Assembly (NCBI GenBank): GCA_046497275.1
Contig: JAWOFX010000054.1
Location: 3,880 to 67,879 of the forward strand
From: Promethearchaeia archaeon
Lineage (GTDB): Archaea > Asgardarchaeota > Lokiarchaeia > Sigyniarchaeales > SOKP01
DNA length: 64,000 nt
Reading direction: 5' to 3'
Below are positions 36,616 through 46,133 of this stretch, piece by piece. The translations under genes and the position numbers were made by a program. Under the pieces are notes generated by a model, which did no database searches, had not been told where the DNA came from, and saw only the letters and a program-made list of their open reading frames with translations. Every line of letters begins with the position of its first letter. Within the stretch, counting starts at the first letter, position 1.

Positions 36616-38031
36616 ATGCGAGTTTTATTGATTTCAGTAAGTAGAGAAATAGTCCATGTAATGACACCACCATTAGGTGAGTCTTATATTGCTTCCTATC
36701 TAATAAATAAGGGTCATCAAGTTAAAATATTAGACTTAACCCATAGTAATGATTCAGAGAATGATATCTCAAAAGCGATAAACAATTTTAACCCACAACT
36801 AATAGGAGTTTCTATTCGAAATATTGATTCAACAACATATCCTGGTAATTTGTTTTTTTACTTACCAGCAAGAAAAATTATTAAATATATTAAACATATC
36901 GCAGAACCAGATGTGCCGATAATACTAGGAGGAGCAGGATTTTCTATTTTTTCAGAAGAAATCCTAAAGGATTTAAATCATTCCCTTGGAGTAATTGGTG
37001 ATGGGGAACAAGTTTTTGCTGAAATCTGCAAAAGGGTAGAGAAACAAGAGGATTTAAGAAAAATAGAAAAAGGAATTTGCTATTTAGATAAAAATGGAGA
37101 ATATCATCAAAAAGCCCCTTGGCGAGTAAACAATCTCGATAAATTACCAATTCCGGCAAGACATTTAATCGATAATCAAGCATATTTAATCGATCCTTTA
37201 GATGTGAATGGAGAAATATGGGGTAATATTCAAACTAAGCGTGGTTGTCCAAAGAATTGTATTTATTGTAGTTATAAATATATAGAAGGTTCTAATGTGC
37301 GATATAGAAGTCCAAAAAGTGTTGCCGAAGAAATAGAAGTCCTAGTTAATAATTATGGAGTAAAAAACATATTTTTCGTGGACAGTGTGTTTAATTTAAG
37401 CTATGATCACCTAAAAAATACTTGCCAAAAAATAATAAAAAAAAATCTTGATTTAAATTGGGGCGCAAATTATGTACCTGATAAAAAATTTATCAATCTA
37501 TTACCTCTTATGAAAGAGAGTGGTGCAATTCATCTAGCAACTGGTATAGAATCATTATCAGGAGAAATGCTCAAGAGTATGAAAAAAGGAAGGAAAAGTG
37601 AAGATGCTATAATCACATCTAAAAGATGTTTTGAACTTGAAATAGAGCAATTAATCCATATAATAATAGGGGGTCCGAATGAAACACTTAAGACTGTTCG
37701 TGCTTCTTTAGATTTATTAGAAACAATTAAGAATTATCAAAATAAAATTTGGCAAGGTGATGGAGATGTTTTATTATTTATAGGAATTAGGATATACCCA
37801 CATACAGAAATCCAGGTTATAGCTGAAGAGGAAGGAATAATAGTTGAAGATGAGAATTTACTACGGCCGAAGTTCTATATATCTCCAAAAATTAAAGAAA
37901 TTGAACTTTTTCAAGTCGTTAGGAAATATTGTGCTAGAAATCCCAGATGGATGGCTCCAGGATTAGGAATAAACAATCCAGATGGTTTTGCAGAATTAAG
38001 TAATATGCAGTTTGCAAAATATCAAACTTGA
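36616..38031 (+). CDS. B12-binding-domain radical SAM protein
   Basis: MRVLLIS...LIGVSIRN...IILGGAGFS N-terminal domain, then QTKRGCPKNCIYCSY. Confidence 0.75.
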   Translation: MRVLLISVSREIVHVMTPPLGESYIASYLINKGHQVKILDLTHSNDSENDISKAINNFNPQLIGVSIRNIDSTTYPGNLFFYLPARKIIKYIKHIAEPDVPIILGGAGFSIFSEEILKDLNHSLGVIGDGEQVFAEICKRVEKQEDLRKIEKGICYLDKNGEYHQKAPWRVNNLDKLPIPARHLIDNQAYLIDPLDVNGEIWGNIQTKRGCPKNCIYCSYKYIEGSNVRYRSPKSVAEEIEVLVNNYGVKNIFFVDSVFNLSYDHLKNTCQKIIKKNLDLNWGANYVPDKKFINLLPLMKESGAIHLATGIESLSGEMLKSMKKGRKSEDAIITSKRCFELEIEQLIHIIIGGPNETLKTVRASLDLLETIKNYQNKIWQGDGDVLLFIGIRIYPHTEIQVIAEEEGIIVEDENLLRPKFYISPKIKEIELFQVVRKYCARNPRWMAPGLGINNPDGFAELSNMQFAKYQT

Positions 38032-38077
38032 ATCTTTTTAAATTAGAATTATATAATAATAAAAAAAAATTAGAAAA

Positions 38078-39250
38078 ATGAATTGGGAACAAAAAATTAA
38101 AGAACTTTATAATAAAGTTGTAGAAAGAATACCAGAATCTGTCCGACCAATTATAAAGCCAGCATTAGCTGAAGCTGCTAAAGAAAAATGTACTGAACGT
38201 AATGGAACAGAGATATCTGAGGTCGATTTAGTTGTCGCCTTATTTGAAGTCACTCCTCCGGCATTTCAACCGACGATGATTGAAGATCTAAAAAAGCTTG
38301 GTGTAGATTATGATAGGTATTTAGCAAAAGTGAAAGGAGATTTTAAATGTAATAATGATCTGGAGATTATGGTTGAGGATACTCTAAAATTATGCAAAAT
38401 AGCTGGAATTAATGGAAATAAACCAGCTATTTGGAAGGTTATAAATGTTTATGAACCCTTTTTTAGAGGTTCTTCCATCTCTATAAGAACAACTACGAAA
38501 CCAATCGAAAAGAGAGATGTATCGGTAAGATATGTAGAACTTATGCATCCACACAAACCAGATGCGTATTCGACTGCTATTAATGAAGGACTTATTGAAA
38601 ATAATGGCCATATCATTCATGACGCTATTAAAGAGGTAATAAATAAATTTCAGATTATGGGATATGGAATCGATCTAGATGCAAGAAAAGGATTATCAAA
38701 AATATGGCCTTTTGTGGTACCAGGTTCTTTGGATCCAATATTTGACTTGGAAAATTATCCTGAAAGTGTAAAAAACTACAAAGCATATTTTGATAAACAT
38801 AAATTAAACATTTTTAGTCTTTTTGCTTTTGATTTCTGTCATTACACTACAAATATTTATATCATGCTTAAAAATCCTTCAGCTAATTCATTAGATGTAT
38901 CTAAAAAATTAGTAAGTGATTTAGGATTTAGTTTACCTTCGGATAAGGTTATGGAAAGTTGCGCTAAAGCAGCACATTTGAATTATACATTTAATTGGGA
39001 TGATGAAAAAGTACAAAGGCTTTGTTTTGGAGTTACATGTCAAAAATCTCAAGAAGTCCCTACAGATCTTCATCCTCTCATCAATAAATTTATCGAAAAA
39101 TCTCCATTTCAAAGCGAAATTCATAAATTTATATATGGAGTGACCTTTACTCCGGATGATATTTATTATAAAATCGAAAATGATTACAACGGTACGATGG
39201 TTGATTTTTTGTTGATGGGAGCTCAAGCAGGGATTAATTCATACAAATGA
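38078..39250 (+). CDS. ABBA-type aromatic prenyltransferase (NphB/CloQ/Orf2-like) fused to N-terminal PCP_red-like module
   Basis: aa 1-84 are the shared module. The remainder aligns, from my memory of NphB, in its C-terminal half: YTFNWDDEKVQRLCFGV vs TLNWETGKIDRLCFAV, and FIYGVTFTPDDIYYKIENDY vs LVYGLTLSPKEEYYKLGAYY. Confidence 0.6.
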   Translation: MNWEQKIKELYNKVVERIPESVRPIIKPALAEAAKEKCTERNGTEISEVDLVVALFEVTPPAFQPTMIEDLKKLGVDYDRYLAKVKGDFKCNNDLEIMVEDTLKLCKIAGINGNKPAIWKVINVYEPFFRGSSISIRTTTKPIEKRDVSVRYVELMHPHKPDAYSTAINEGLIENNGHIIHDAIKEVINKFQIMGYGIDLDARKGLSKIWPFVVPGSLDPIFDLENYPESVKNYKAYFDKHKLNIFSLFAFDFCHYTTNIYIMLKNPSANSLDVSKKLVSDLGFSLPSDKVMESCAKAAHLNYTFNWDDEKVQRLCFGVTCQKSQEVPTDLHPLINKFIEKSPFQSEIHKFIYGVTFTPDDIYYKIENDYNGTMVDFLLMGAQAGINSYK

Positions 39251-39285
39251 GAATTTTATATTACATTTAAATAAGAGGTGATTAA

Positions 39286-40431
39286 ATGAAATTTATTATT
39301 GAAGGAAATTATGATATAGGTTTATTGGATAAAATAAAAGAAGAAGATTTACCCATAAGTCATATAATTTTACATGTTCCGAAAAATCCAATAGGAAATA
39401 GTTCAATTTTCTTACCAAAAGACCAACCGTCTTTTAAAGAATTTGAAAACTATACAAATGCTGTTCAAGAATCTGGGTTTATTCCTATCGCAGGATTAGA
39501 TTCGACTTGTCAAGGTAATTTAGAAGCTCATATGCAACATTATGAGGCAACGAAAAATTTATTGAATTCTTTAGAAAATTTAAATTATAGAAATATTCTA
39601 GTTTCTGCTCCCAACAATGTTGGTTTCATTAAAGAAAATTATAGTGAAGTAAATATTTTTCTTTCATATTCACAATATGTGACATCTACCAATAGAGCTA
39701 AGATTTTTTTTGATATTGGAGTTGATTCTATTATTCTACACCCAGATATAAACAGATCCTTTGGAGCTTTAAGGAATTTCATTAAAATGAAAGAGAAAAA
39801 AACCAATTCATATGAATTTGTAATTCCTCTAAATATCGGGTGTAATTGGGGATGTATTTACTGGTATCAGCACCATAATCTACAAAGTCATAGAACAATC
39901 AATTCTCCCATATCAAATGAACAAATAAATATATCGGACATAGAAAATAGCTTTGATTATCCCATATTAAATTGTTGGAAGAATCGTCTCAAAAGTCCTC
40001 AAAATATATTGAAATCAGGTTGGATTAGCCCATATAATTTCTCCGAATATATTAATCTGGGATATGAAACATTTTATCTTTCGTCATATAAAATGTCAAA
40101 TGATTGTATAATTAATACACTGAAATCCTATCTAGAAGCAAATATCGATGATAACTTCTTAGAATTAATAAGCATACCTTATCCTTATGGAGAGTATTGG
40201 AATGATGAATATAAACTATCTTCTTTTTTTAAATTTGATTCGGACTTAATAAAAGAATTCTGTAAAAAAATACCATATGAAGAACATTATCCAAAAGAAA
40301 ATAAGATGATAAGTTATTGTAATGAATTTAGTAAAAGGATAAAGATAAAAGATCAAGAGCTTAGAGAAAAGGTTTTAGATATAATAAATCATAAGCTAAA
40401 TGAAATTGAAAAAGGATCTATTAAGAGGTAA
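39286..40431 (+). CDS. Divergent U32-like TIM-barrel protein (paralogue of 40437 and 49092)
   Basis: GAGGTGA RBS. Same layout as its neighbours (KFIIEGNYDIGLLDKI vs KLTVATNWDYNLIDEL; ...VSAPNNVGFIKENY...IILHPDINRSF...IPLNIGCNWGCIYWYQHH), but only two Cys in the cluster region. Confidence 0.45.
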   Translation: MKFIIEGNYDIGLLDKIKEEDLPISHIILHVPKNPIGNSSIFLPKDQPSFKEFENYTNAVQESGFIPIAGLDSTCQGNLEAHMQHYEATKNLLNSLENLNYRNILVSAPNNVGFIKENYSEVNIFLSYSQYVTSTNRAKIFFDIGVDSIILHPDINRSFGALRNFIKMKEKKTNSYEFVIPLNIGCNWGCIYWYQHHNLQSHRTINSPISNEQINISDIENSFDYPILNCWKNRLKSPQNILKSGWISPYNFSEYINLGYETFYLSSYKMSNDCIINTLKSYLEANIDDNFLELISIPYPYGEYWNDEYKLSSFFKFDSDLIKEFCKKIPYEEHYPKENKMISYCNEFSKRIKIKDQELREKVLDIINHKLNEIEKGSIKR

Positions 40432-40436
40432 AAAAA

Positions 40437-42479
40437 ATGAGAATATCTTTAGCATGTAATTGGCGGATGGATTTACTACATAAACTGGAAAACGAGCCCG
40501 AATCGCTTAAAAATCTTTATGATTTTTATGGAACTTTCGACTTGAGTTTTACAGGTACAGGAAGACCTTTCTTTCTAATGGCAAAGAGAAATAAAGAAGA
40601 AATTGAGGAATTTATAAATAAAGTCCATGATTTAGGATTAAAATTCACTTGGTTATGGAATGGAATGTGTCTAGGATATCATATGTTCAATCAAGAAGAG
40701 CAAACAAAAGCTCTTAAGGAGCTAGATTGGTTAAGCGATCTTGATGTTGAATATCTTACTGTAGCAGATCCTTATTTGGCGAAATTTGCTAAAAAATATA
40801 GTCCAAATTTAAAATTGAAAGTATCCGTTATTTCAGAGGTAAATTCTCTCTCTAGAGCATTAGAATGGGAAAAAATAATTGGAAAAGAAGGAGTTATAAC
40901 GTTATCAATAATGTTAAACCGTAATTTTCCCCTTCTTAAAGAAATAAGAGAAAAGGTTGATTGTGATATAGAACTTCTCACAAATGATTGTTGTTTAAAT
41001 GAATGTCCGTTCAGATTTTTTCACTATTCCGAATGTTCCCATGCAAGTCAGTCGTATGATAAACTAGAAGGTTATTATAATGATTGGGCTACAATTGCAT
41101 GTCAGAATCAGAAAGTCTTCAAACCTAGACAAATTATCATGGCAAAATGGATCCAACCAAAAGACTTAGATAAATATATAAACATCAATATAGATTATTT
41201 TAAGATTTCTGGAAGGAGGTATGGAACAGCTTGGTTATATAGAGCTTTAAAATCCTATAGTAATAAATCTCATAAAGGAAACCTTGGTGAGATATTTAAT
41301 GGATATTCTTTCGTATCTGATCCCTTAGAATTAGCAGGAAATCAGTTTTCAGAATTTTCACTTAAACAAGAAAAAATGGGAGTGGACGCAGATAATCAAA
41401 GTATCATGCTGAGTATACCCGATTTCAATGCTCAATTGAAAGCAGAGGCACTATCAGACTTGATTGAGAAAATGCCTTTCAAAGGGGAAAAATGTGCTGA
41501 AAATTGTGGAGTAACATGTTTTTATTGCGACACATTTATAGATCGCGCATACTTTATCCCCTCTGGGAAATCCAATGATTCATATCGGAATTATATGAAA
41601 TTCCTCTATGATTATCTAAATAAAGGAGAAATGTTTGTACCCAAAGAAAAAAGAACACTAAAACCACCAACAAAGGAAACTGAATCCGACACGTATTTTG
41701 GGTTTAAATGGACTCCAGAAGCGGAAAAATTTCTTGAAGAGACGATGTTAATTGTACCAGAAAGTATGCAACTGGCTGCAAAAAAAGGGATCGGAATGAC
41801 GGCTGAGAGAACAGCAGAAAAAAAAAATCTAGATTATGTTGATAAAGATCTTATAATTTCTATAACGTTCCAATTAGTTCCTCAACCATTCAAACATGAT
41901 TTTTATGATTTTTGTCTGGAAAAAGGAATAGTTCCTCAGAAATATTTAAATGAGGATGAAATAAAATCAATCAAGTCTTTACCTTATGCTACAGACATTA
42001 TAAAAAAAACAGCTGAAGAACGAGGTAGACTTGTTGGAAGAAAACAACTTGAAAAAAAATCAAAAAAAAAACCAAAAGTGATACCAAATATGAATACAAA
42101 AAAAGAATGGGAAGCGTATTTAACTCGCTTCATGAAAGCATATAATGAGTTACCGGATGTAGAATCAATGTTAGAACCTGTAGCACCTCTTGTATTTCAA
42201 TATAAAATATCTGACAGACCAGAGATGAATTATTGGCAAAAGATTGAGAAAAATGAGATGAAGTGGGGAATGGGAGAATATGAAGGAGAGCAAACCCCAA
42301 CTGTGATCCATAAAACGAATTTTGACACAATAAAAAAAGTTAATTCTGGTGAAACAAATCCTATTGAAGCAACTATGGCTGGTACTTATGTCATTGAAGG
42401 AGATGCTACAAAACTTATGGCTTGTGCACCTCTTTTACCATTGAATGCTAAAGCTCATGAAAAAGCTATCAAAATGTGA
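40437..42479 (+). CDS. Multidomain protein: U32-like Fe-S TIM barrel, Cys4 motif, PCP_red-like module, Lys-rich linker, SCP2-like lipid-binding domain
   Basis: U32-like layout (ISLACNW..., LTVADPYLAKFAKKYSPNLKLKVSVISEVNS, IELLTNDCCLNECPFRFFHYSEC). CAENCGVTCFYC motif. Shared module at 41709-41948 (WTPEAEKFLEETMLIVPE...). C-terminal LVFQYKISDRPEMNYWQKIEKNE...TVIHKTNFDTIKKVNSGETNPIEATMAGTYVIEGDATKLM fits the SCP2 pattern (F.FKv.d....W.vd.k......d.ti....df..l..Gk.np..A...Gk..i.Gd). Confidence 0.6.
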   Translation: MRISLACNWRMDLLHKLENEPESLKNLYDFYGTFDLSFTGTGRPFFLMAKRNKEEIEEFINKVHDLGLKFTWLWNGMCLGYHMFNQEEQTKALKELDWLSDLDVEYLTVADPYLAKFAKKYSPNLKLKVSVISEVNSLSRALEWEKIIGKEGVITLSIMLNRNFPLLKEIREKVDCDIELLTNDCCLNECPFRFFHYSECSHASQSYDKLEGYYNDWATIACQNQKVFKPRQIIMAKWIQPKDLDKYININIDYFKISGRRYGTAWLYRALKSYSNKSHKGNLGEIFNGYSFVSDPLELAGNQFSEFSLKQEKMGVDADNQSIMLSIPDFNAQLKAEALSDLIEKMPFKGEKCAENCGVTCFYCDTFIDRAYFIPSGKSNDSYRNYMKFLYDYLNKGEMFVPKEKRTLKPPTKETESDTYFGFKWTPEAEKFLEETMLIVPESMQLAAKKGIGMTAERTAEKKNLDYVDKDLIISITFQLVPQPFKHDFYDFCLEKGIVPQKYLNEDEIKSIKSLPYATDIIKKTAEERGRLVGRKQLEKKSKKKPKVIPNMNTKKEWEAYLTRFMKAYNELPDVESMLEPVAPLVFQYKISDRPEMNYWQKIEKNEMKWGMGEYEGEQTPTVIHKTNFDTIKKVNSGETNPIEATMAGTYVIEGDATKLMACAPLLPLNAKAHEKAIKM

Positions 42480-42557
42480 ATTTATAAAAAATTAAAGAAA
42501 TTTACTTTCTTTTTTTTATATCAGTATTTAATTATTTATTTTTTTTCATATTTTTTA

Positions 42558-44024
42558 CGGTGGTCGGTTAGCCGACATTATTTGTGAATTATCCCACCAC
42601 CCCCATGGATTTTTGCTCCACTCTAAGAAACAACCCTCTAAGGACATCTTGGTTCTGGTTAAGATTCCAGCTGCGAGAGCTCATTTTTCGAGTTCGCTCA
42701 AGTTGAATGCGCTTCCTATTCATTTTCCAAGAGTTATAAAGGAGTATTCGTGCAAGCATATCGAGATATCTTACGTTATCGTGGTTAGATCGCCATCGCC
42801 GATTAATCCGATTTAAGTCGGAAAATCCAGTTTCGATAAGCCATCGACGGCGATAAAAGAGGGATGTGCGGGATGCCCACGAGCTTTCCTTCCCTTTTGG
42901 TTTCTCGGTTGTCATTATCGTAAAAACCCTATGATATGCATCCTTCAAGGAGAGAATCCCTCTCCGAACATCTCTTTTAATACCTCGGAGAGAGAAGCCT
43001 TGTTTTGCCCGTATTATGAGGTTAACATCGCATTTAAATTGTCGCTTTGCTGCGGTAGCAGTAGAAAATGTATACCTTCGCACTCGTCCCGCTTTTCCCT
43101 CCAAGTATTCCTTAATAAATTGTTTAATTTTTTTATATTGTTTCGCAGGCATGAGTACATTGCCGCCTTTTTGTTTTATATCGTCTATCAATTCAGCTCT
43201 ATAAAACTCACGATCCATTAACACATATTTTAATTCAAATCCCAATTCGAGAAGATGAGCCAAAAAGGTTTTGATTATTGGAATCTTAGATTGTCCATTT
43301 GCCACATGCTCCAATCCTGCATAGAGATGAACATTCCGGGAAAGTAATGAAAAACCGAGATAATGACGCATCTTTTTGGTTCCCTTTTGTCGATTAGTAC
43401 CCTTAATCATTTTATCCTCACGAGACCCGAAATATGGATGTTCTGTAAAATCAATTAATACGTTCACCTTTTTTGAGATGAGTTTTGACTTGTATGCTTC
43501 TTTTAATTGTTCATCAAGACATTCACGTAAAAGTTTGCGCGCTTTCTTGATGCCAATTCCGCGTAAATACTTGTTCACTTCGGTTTGGTGTGGAACATAT
43601 CTCTTTTTACGCCCGTCTGAAAAGATTTTCCGTCTTCCCTTTTTATGACTCAGTATGTACGCATTAAGCTGCTCGCTGGTGTCGTGTATGGATCTACCTA
43701 TAATTTCTGAAAAGAAGAATACTCTTAAAAAGTCTGAATCCTCATATTTAGCGTTTTTTGCCCTTTTGACCCGCCATGTGCGAGAGATGACAACATCACA
43801 AAACTTTTTATAAAATGAGAGAATATTATCATTAGAAAGAAGTGATTTGATTCCTAACTTTTGAATAGAAGTAGGAAATATTTCTTGTAATCGCATACAT
43901 GAATATAATCACTTCTTTCTTTTTAATTTTACGGTTATCCATCAGAGGAATAAAATCCTAAAAAATAATGTTTCATAATACCAATTGAGAGGCAGTATTT
44001 CATAGGATGGGCCAGAGACCATCG
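42558..44024 (-). mobile_element. IS4-family-like insertion sequence (boundaries approximate)
   Basis: Visibly higher G+C than its flanks. Single DDE transposase gene. Candidate imperfect terminal inverted repeats cggtggtc (42558-42565) / gaccatcg (44017-44024). No target-site duplication identified. Confidence 0.55.
42589..43896 (-). CDS. DDE transposase, IS4 family-like
   Basis: 435 aa. LIDFTEHPYFG (D), YVLMDREFY (D), YRRRWLIETGFSDLNR (Y-x2-R-x3-E signature). Confidence 0.75.
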   Translation of the reverse strand: MRLQEIFPTSIQKLGIKSLLSNDNILSFYKKFCDVVISRTWRVKRAKNAKYEDSDFLRVFFFSEIIGRSIHDTSEQLNAYILSHKKGRRKIFSDGRKKRYVPHQTEVNKYLRGIGIKKARKLLRECLDEQLKEAYKSKLISKKVNVLIDFTEHPYFGSREDKMIKGTNRQKGTKKMRHYLGFSLLSRNVHLYAGLEHVANGQSKIPIIKTFLAHLLELGFELKYVLMDREFYRAELIDDIKQKGGNVLMPAKQYKKIKQFIKEYLEGKAGRVRRYTFSTATAAKRQFKCDVNLIIRAKQGFSLRGIKRDVRRGILSLKDAYHRVFTIMTTEKPKGKESSWASRTSLFYRRRWLIETGFSDLNRINRRWRSNHDNVRYLDMLARILLYNSWKMNRKRIQLERTRKMSSRSWNLNQNQDVLRGLFLRVEQKSMGVVG

Positions 44025-44185
44025 ACAATAATATGATCTACTTCCTTTGAGACTGTTTATATATTAAGAATGTGAATCAATAATCCGAAATTCAAATCAA
44101 AAGTAAATTATATTAAAATAATTTAAGTATATAACAATAGAAAAAGAAAAAATGATTAAATTAAAATTTATAGTGATCAGAAATA

Positions 44186-45445
44186 ATGATATCTAATGAA
44201 TTAGTGAAAAATAATAAAATTAGGAACATCATTAATACAGATTTTAAAGATACTCTCTTTATTCAACATATAAGAGAAGTTATAAACGATGCGAAAGTAA
44301 AAAATAAGATATATAGAAGATTAATTGAAAATAATAATTTTAATATTGATGATTTGAATAAAATTGAGGATCTTTCTACGATTCCTTATTTGAATGCTTT
44401 TGATTTCAAAGAATCAAATCAAATGTATAAAAAGTTTTTAAAAATTCCTTTCAATTCACCTGAATTTGATTCTTGGAATGTATCTTCTTGTACTTCTGGC
44501 AATCCTTCTTTGGTGGGCAGGTCTAAATATGATAATGAATTATTGGCAAGCATGACTATAAAATGCATTTATGATTTTATACCGATTCCTGAAAATGAGT
44601 GGTTCAATACACTTTCATTTAATTTTGCTCCTAACATCAAATTTTTAAATAGAATCGCTCTTAGATATACTAAAGAGAGACCGGTTAAGTTATATAGTAG
44701 TAATTTGCACAAAATATCCACTCGGATGTCGGATCCTTATTTTTTAGTTAAATTTAAACTGTTAAAAGCTATTAAAGAAATAATCGTTAACAGAAGTTTA
44801 GTTGGGGCATTTAATATCGATTCTAAATTTGTGATTAAAAAAATCAATAAGAATTTAAAAAAACCAGAAGATAAAAGAAAATATGTTTCATTTGGCGGCA
44901 GTCTCCAATTAGTAAATAATTTTATGAACGGATTTTTAGAAGTGAACGGTCTCAGATATAATTTAAAAGATAGTGTAGTTAATTTTGGGGGAGGCGGCTG
45001 GGATGGTCATAAAAGCCAATTAAAATATCCTCCTATAGAAAAAACTAAGTTTGTTAATGATTGTGAGAAATATCTTGGAACGCCCCCCGAAAATATCACA
45101 GATATGTACGGATTTACTGAAACACCTATAGTGTTTGGATCACATTGGTCTGAAAAACGCCAAGATTTCATAATGCATTGCCCACCTCAAGCTAGAATAA
45201 TTATAAGGGATATGAAAACAAAAGATCCTTTAACCAGTCTTGGAGACATTGGTTTTCTTGAAGTGATAACTCCGTTTGGAGTAAATGCATCGCTAAATCA
45301 TGCAATCCTAATTGATGATGTTGTTGAACTTATTTCGAAAAATAGGTGCCCCGAATGTGGATATGAAGGAGATACTTTTAGAGTATTAGGAAGATTAGAA
45401 AATCCTGAAGGGTTAGGATGTTCTTCAATAGTAGAATGGATATAA
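44186..45445 (+). CDS. LuxE-like acyl-protein synthetase / adenylate-forming enzyme
   Basis: SSCTSGNPS (degenerate SSGTTG), NFGGGGWDG (GGGWK-like), MYGFTETP, C-terminal FRVLGRLENPEGLGCS (GR....e.RGCS-like). Paralogue of 52579..53880. Confidence 0.55.
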   Translation: MISNELVKNNKIRNIINTDFKDTLFIQHIREVINDAKVKNKIYRRLIENNNFNIDDLNKIEDLSTIPYLNAFDFKESNQMYKKFLKIPFNSPEFDSWNVSSCTSGNPSLVGRSKYDNELLASMTIKCIYDFIPIPENEWFNTLSFNFAPNIKFLNRIALRYTKERPVKLYSSNLHKISTRMSDPYFLVKFKLLKAIKEIIVNRSLVGAFNIDSKFVIKKINKNLKKPEDKRKYVSFGGSLQLVNNFMNGFLEVNGLRYNLKDSVVNFGGGGWDGHKSQLKYPPIEKTKFVNDCEKYLGTPPENITDMYGFTETPIVFGSHWSEKRQDFIMHCPPQARIIIRDMKTKDPLTSLGDIGFLEVITPFGVNASLNHAILIDDVVELISKNRCPECGYEGDTFRVLGRLENPEGLGCSSIVEWI

Positions 45446-45588
45446 GGAAGTTAATTTTTTTCAAAATAATCTTTTTATTAGATTATTATTTAGTAATACT
45501 AATTTTTAAAGATTCAAATCAAAAATCTTTCCATTCAAATTATTTTATCCAATAGATTTCAAATGATATTAATATTATAAAAAAAAAA

Positions 45589-45906
45589 TTAAGGGCTCCA
45601 ATATCTAATAAACCGCACTAAACCTATAGACATTAGAATTACAGTAAAAATAACTGCAACGGAACATAAAACTAGTCCCACAATTGCAAAAACTTTTTTA
45701 TCATCCCCAGTTATAGCTACTATTCCCATTATATCGCCAAGAACAGCTATTATAAGAACTATGATACCAATGGTGACCGAAAAGATTATTACCATCGGCT
45801 CTCCATAAACTACAGCAGGAATATAAGAAAGAATTCCAATAGTCCATAATATGGCATTTGCAATAATCCCTAATATCATTGAAGCGATACCAAAACCATT
45901 TTCCAT
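45589..45906 (-). CDS. Small membrane protein (3-4 TM)
   Basis: 105 aa, Ile/Gly/Val-rich TM helices. The only minus-strand gene inside the cluster apart from the IS. Confidence 0.45.
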   Translation of the reverse strand: MENGFGIASMILGIIANAILWTIGILSYIPAVVYGEPMVIIFSVTIGIIVLIIAVLGDIMGIVAITGDDKKVFAIVGLVLCSVAVIFTVILMSIGLVRFIRYWSP

Positions 45907-46133
45907 CCATTTTCGCCTTTTTTAATATTCTAACAAAATATTAAAACTCTAAATTATTTTGAATTTTTAAATTTTTTCCTTGCTAAAATCATTTTTTCAT
46001 GATCAATTAATAAAAAAAGTAAAAAAGACTTAAATTAAAAAAAATCTTTTTCTTGCATTTCATTTTATATTTAAGGAATTTATTCTTTTAAAATTGTATA
46101 AAATATATAGATTGTAAAAAAATTGAGTCTTTA

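Noticed and set aside
42553-43934. Direct repeat ttttacgg at 42553-42560 and 43927-43934 as a possible target-site duplication of the IS.
   Set aside because: The second copy lies only about 30 bp upstream of the transposase start. The sequences just inside the two copies are not inverted repeats of each other. The G+C-rich segment also continues to about 44024. This is most likely a chance match in AT-rich DNA.
45701-45910. 69-aa minus-strand ORF in an alternative frame of the small membrane protein gene 45589..45906.
   Set aside because: It overlaps the 105-aa TM-protein frame almost entirely. Its translation is Trp/Tyr/Cys/Asn/Ser-rich and looks like an out-of-frame artefact.
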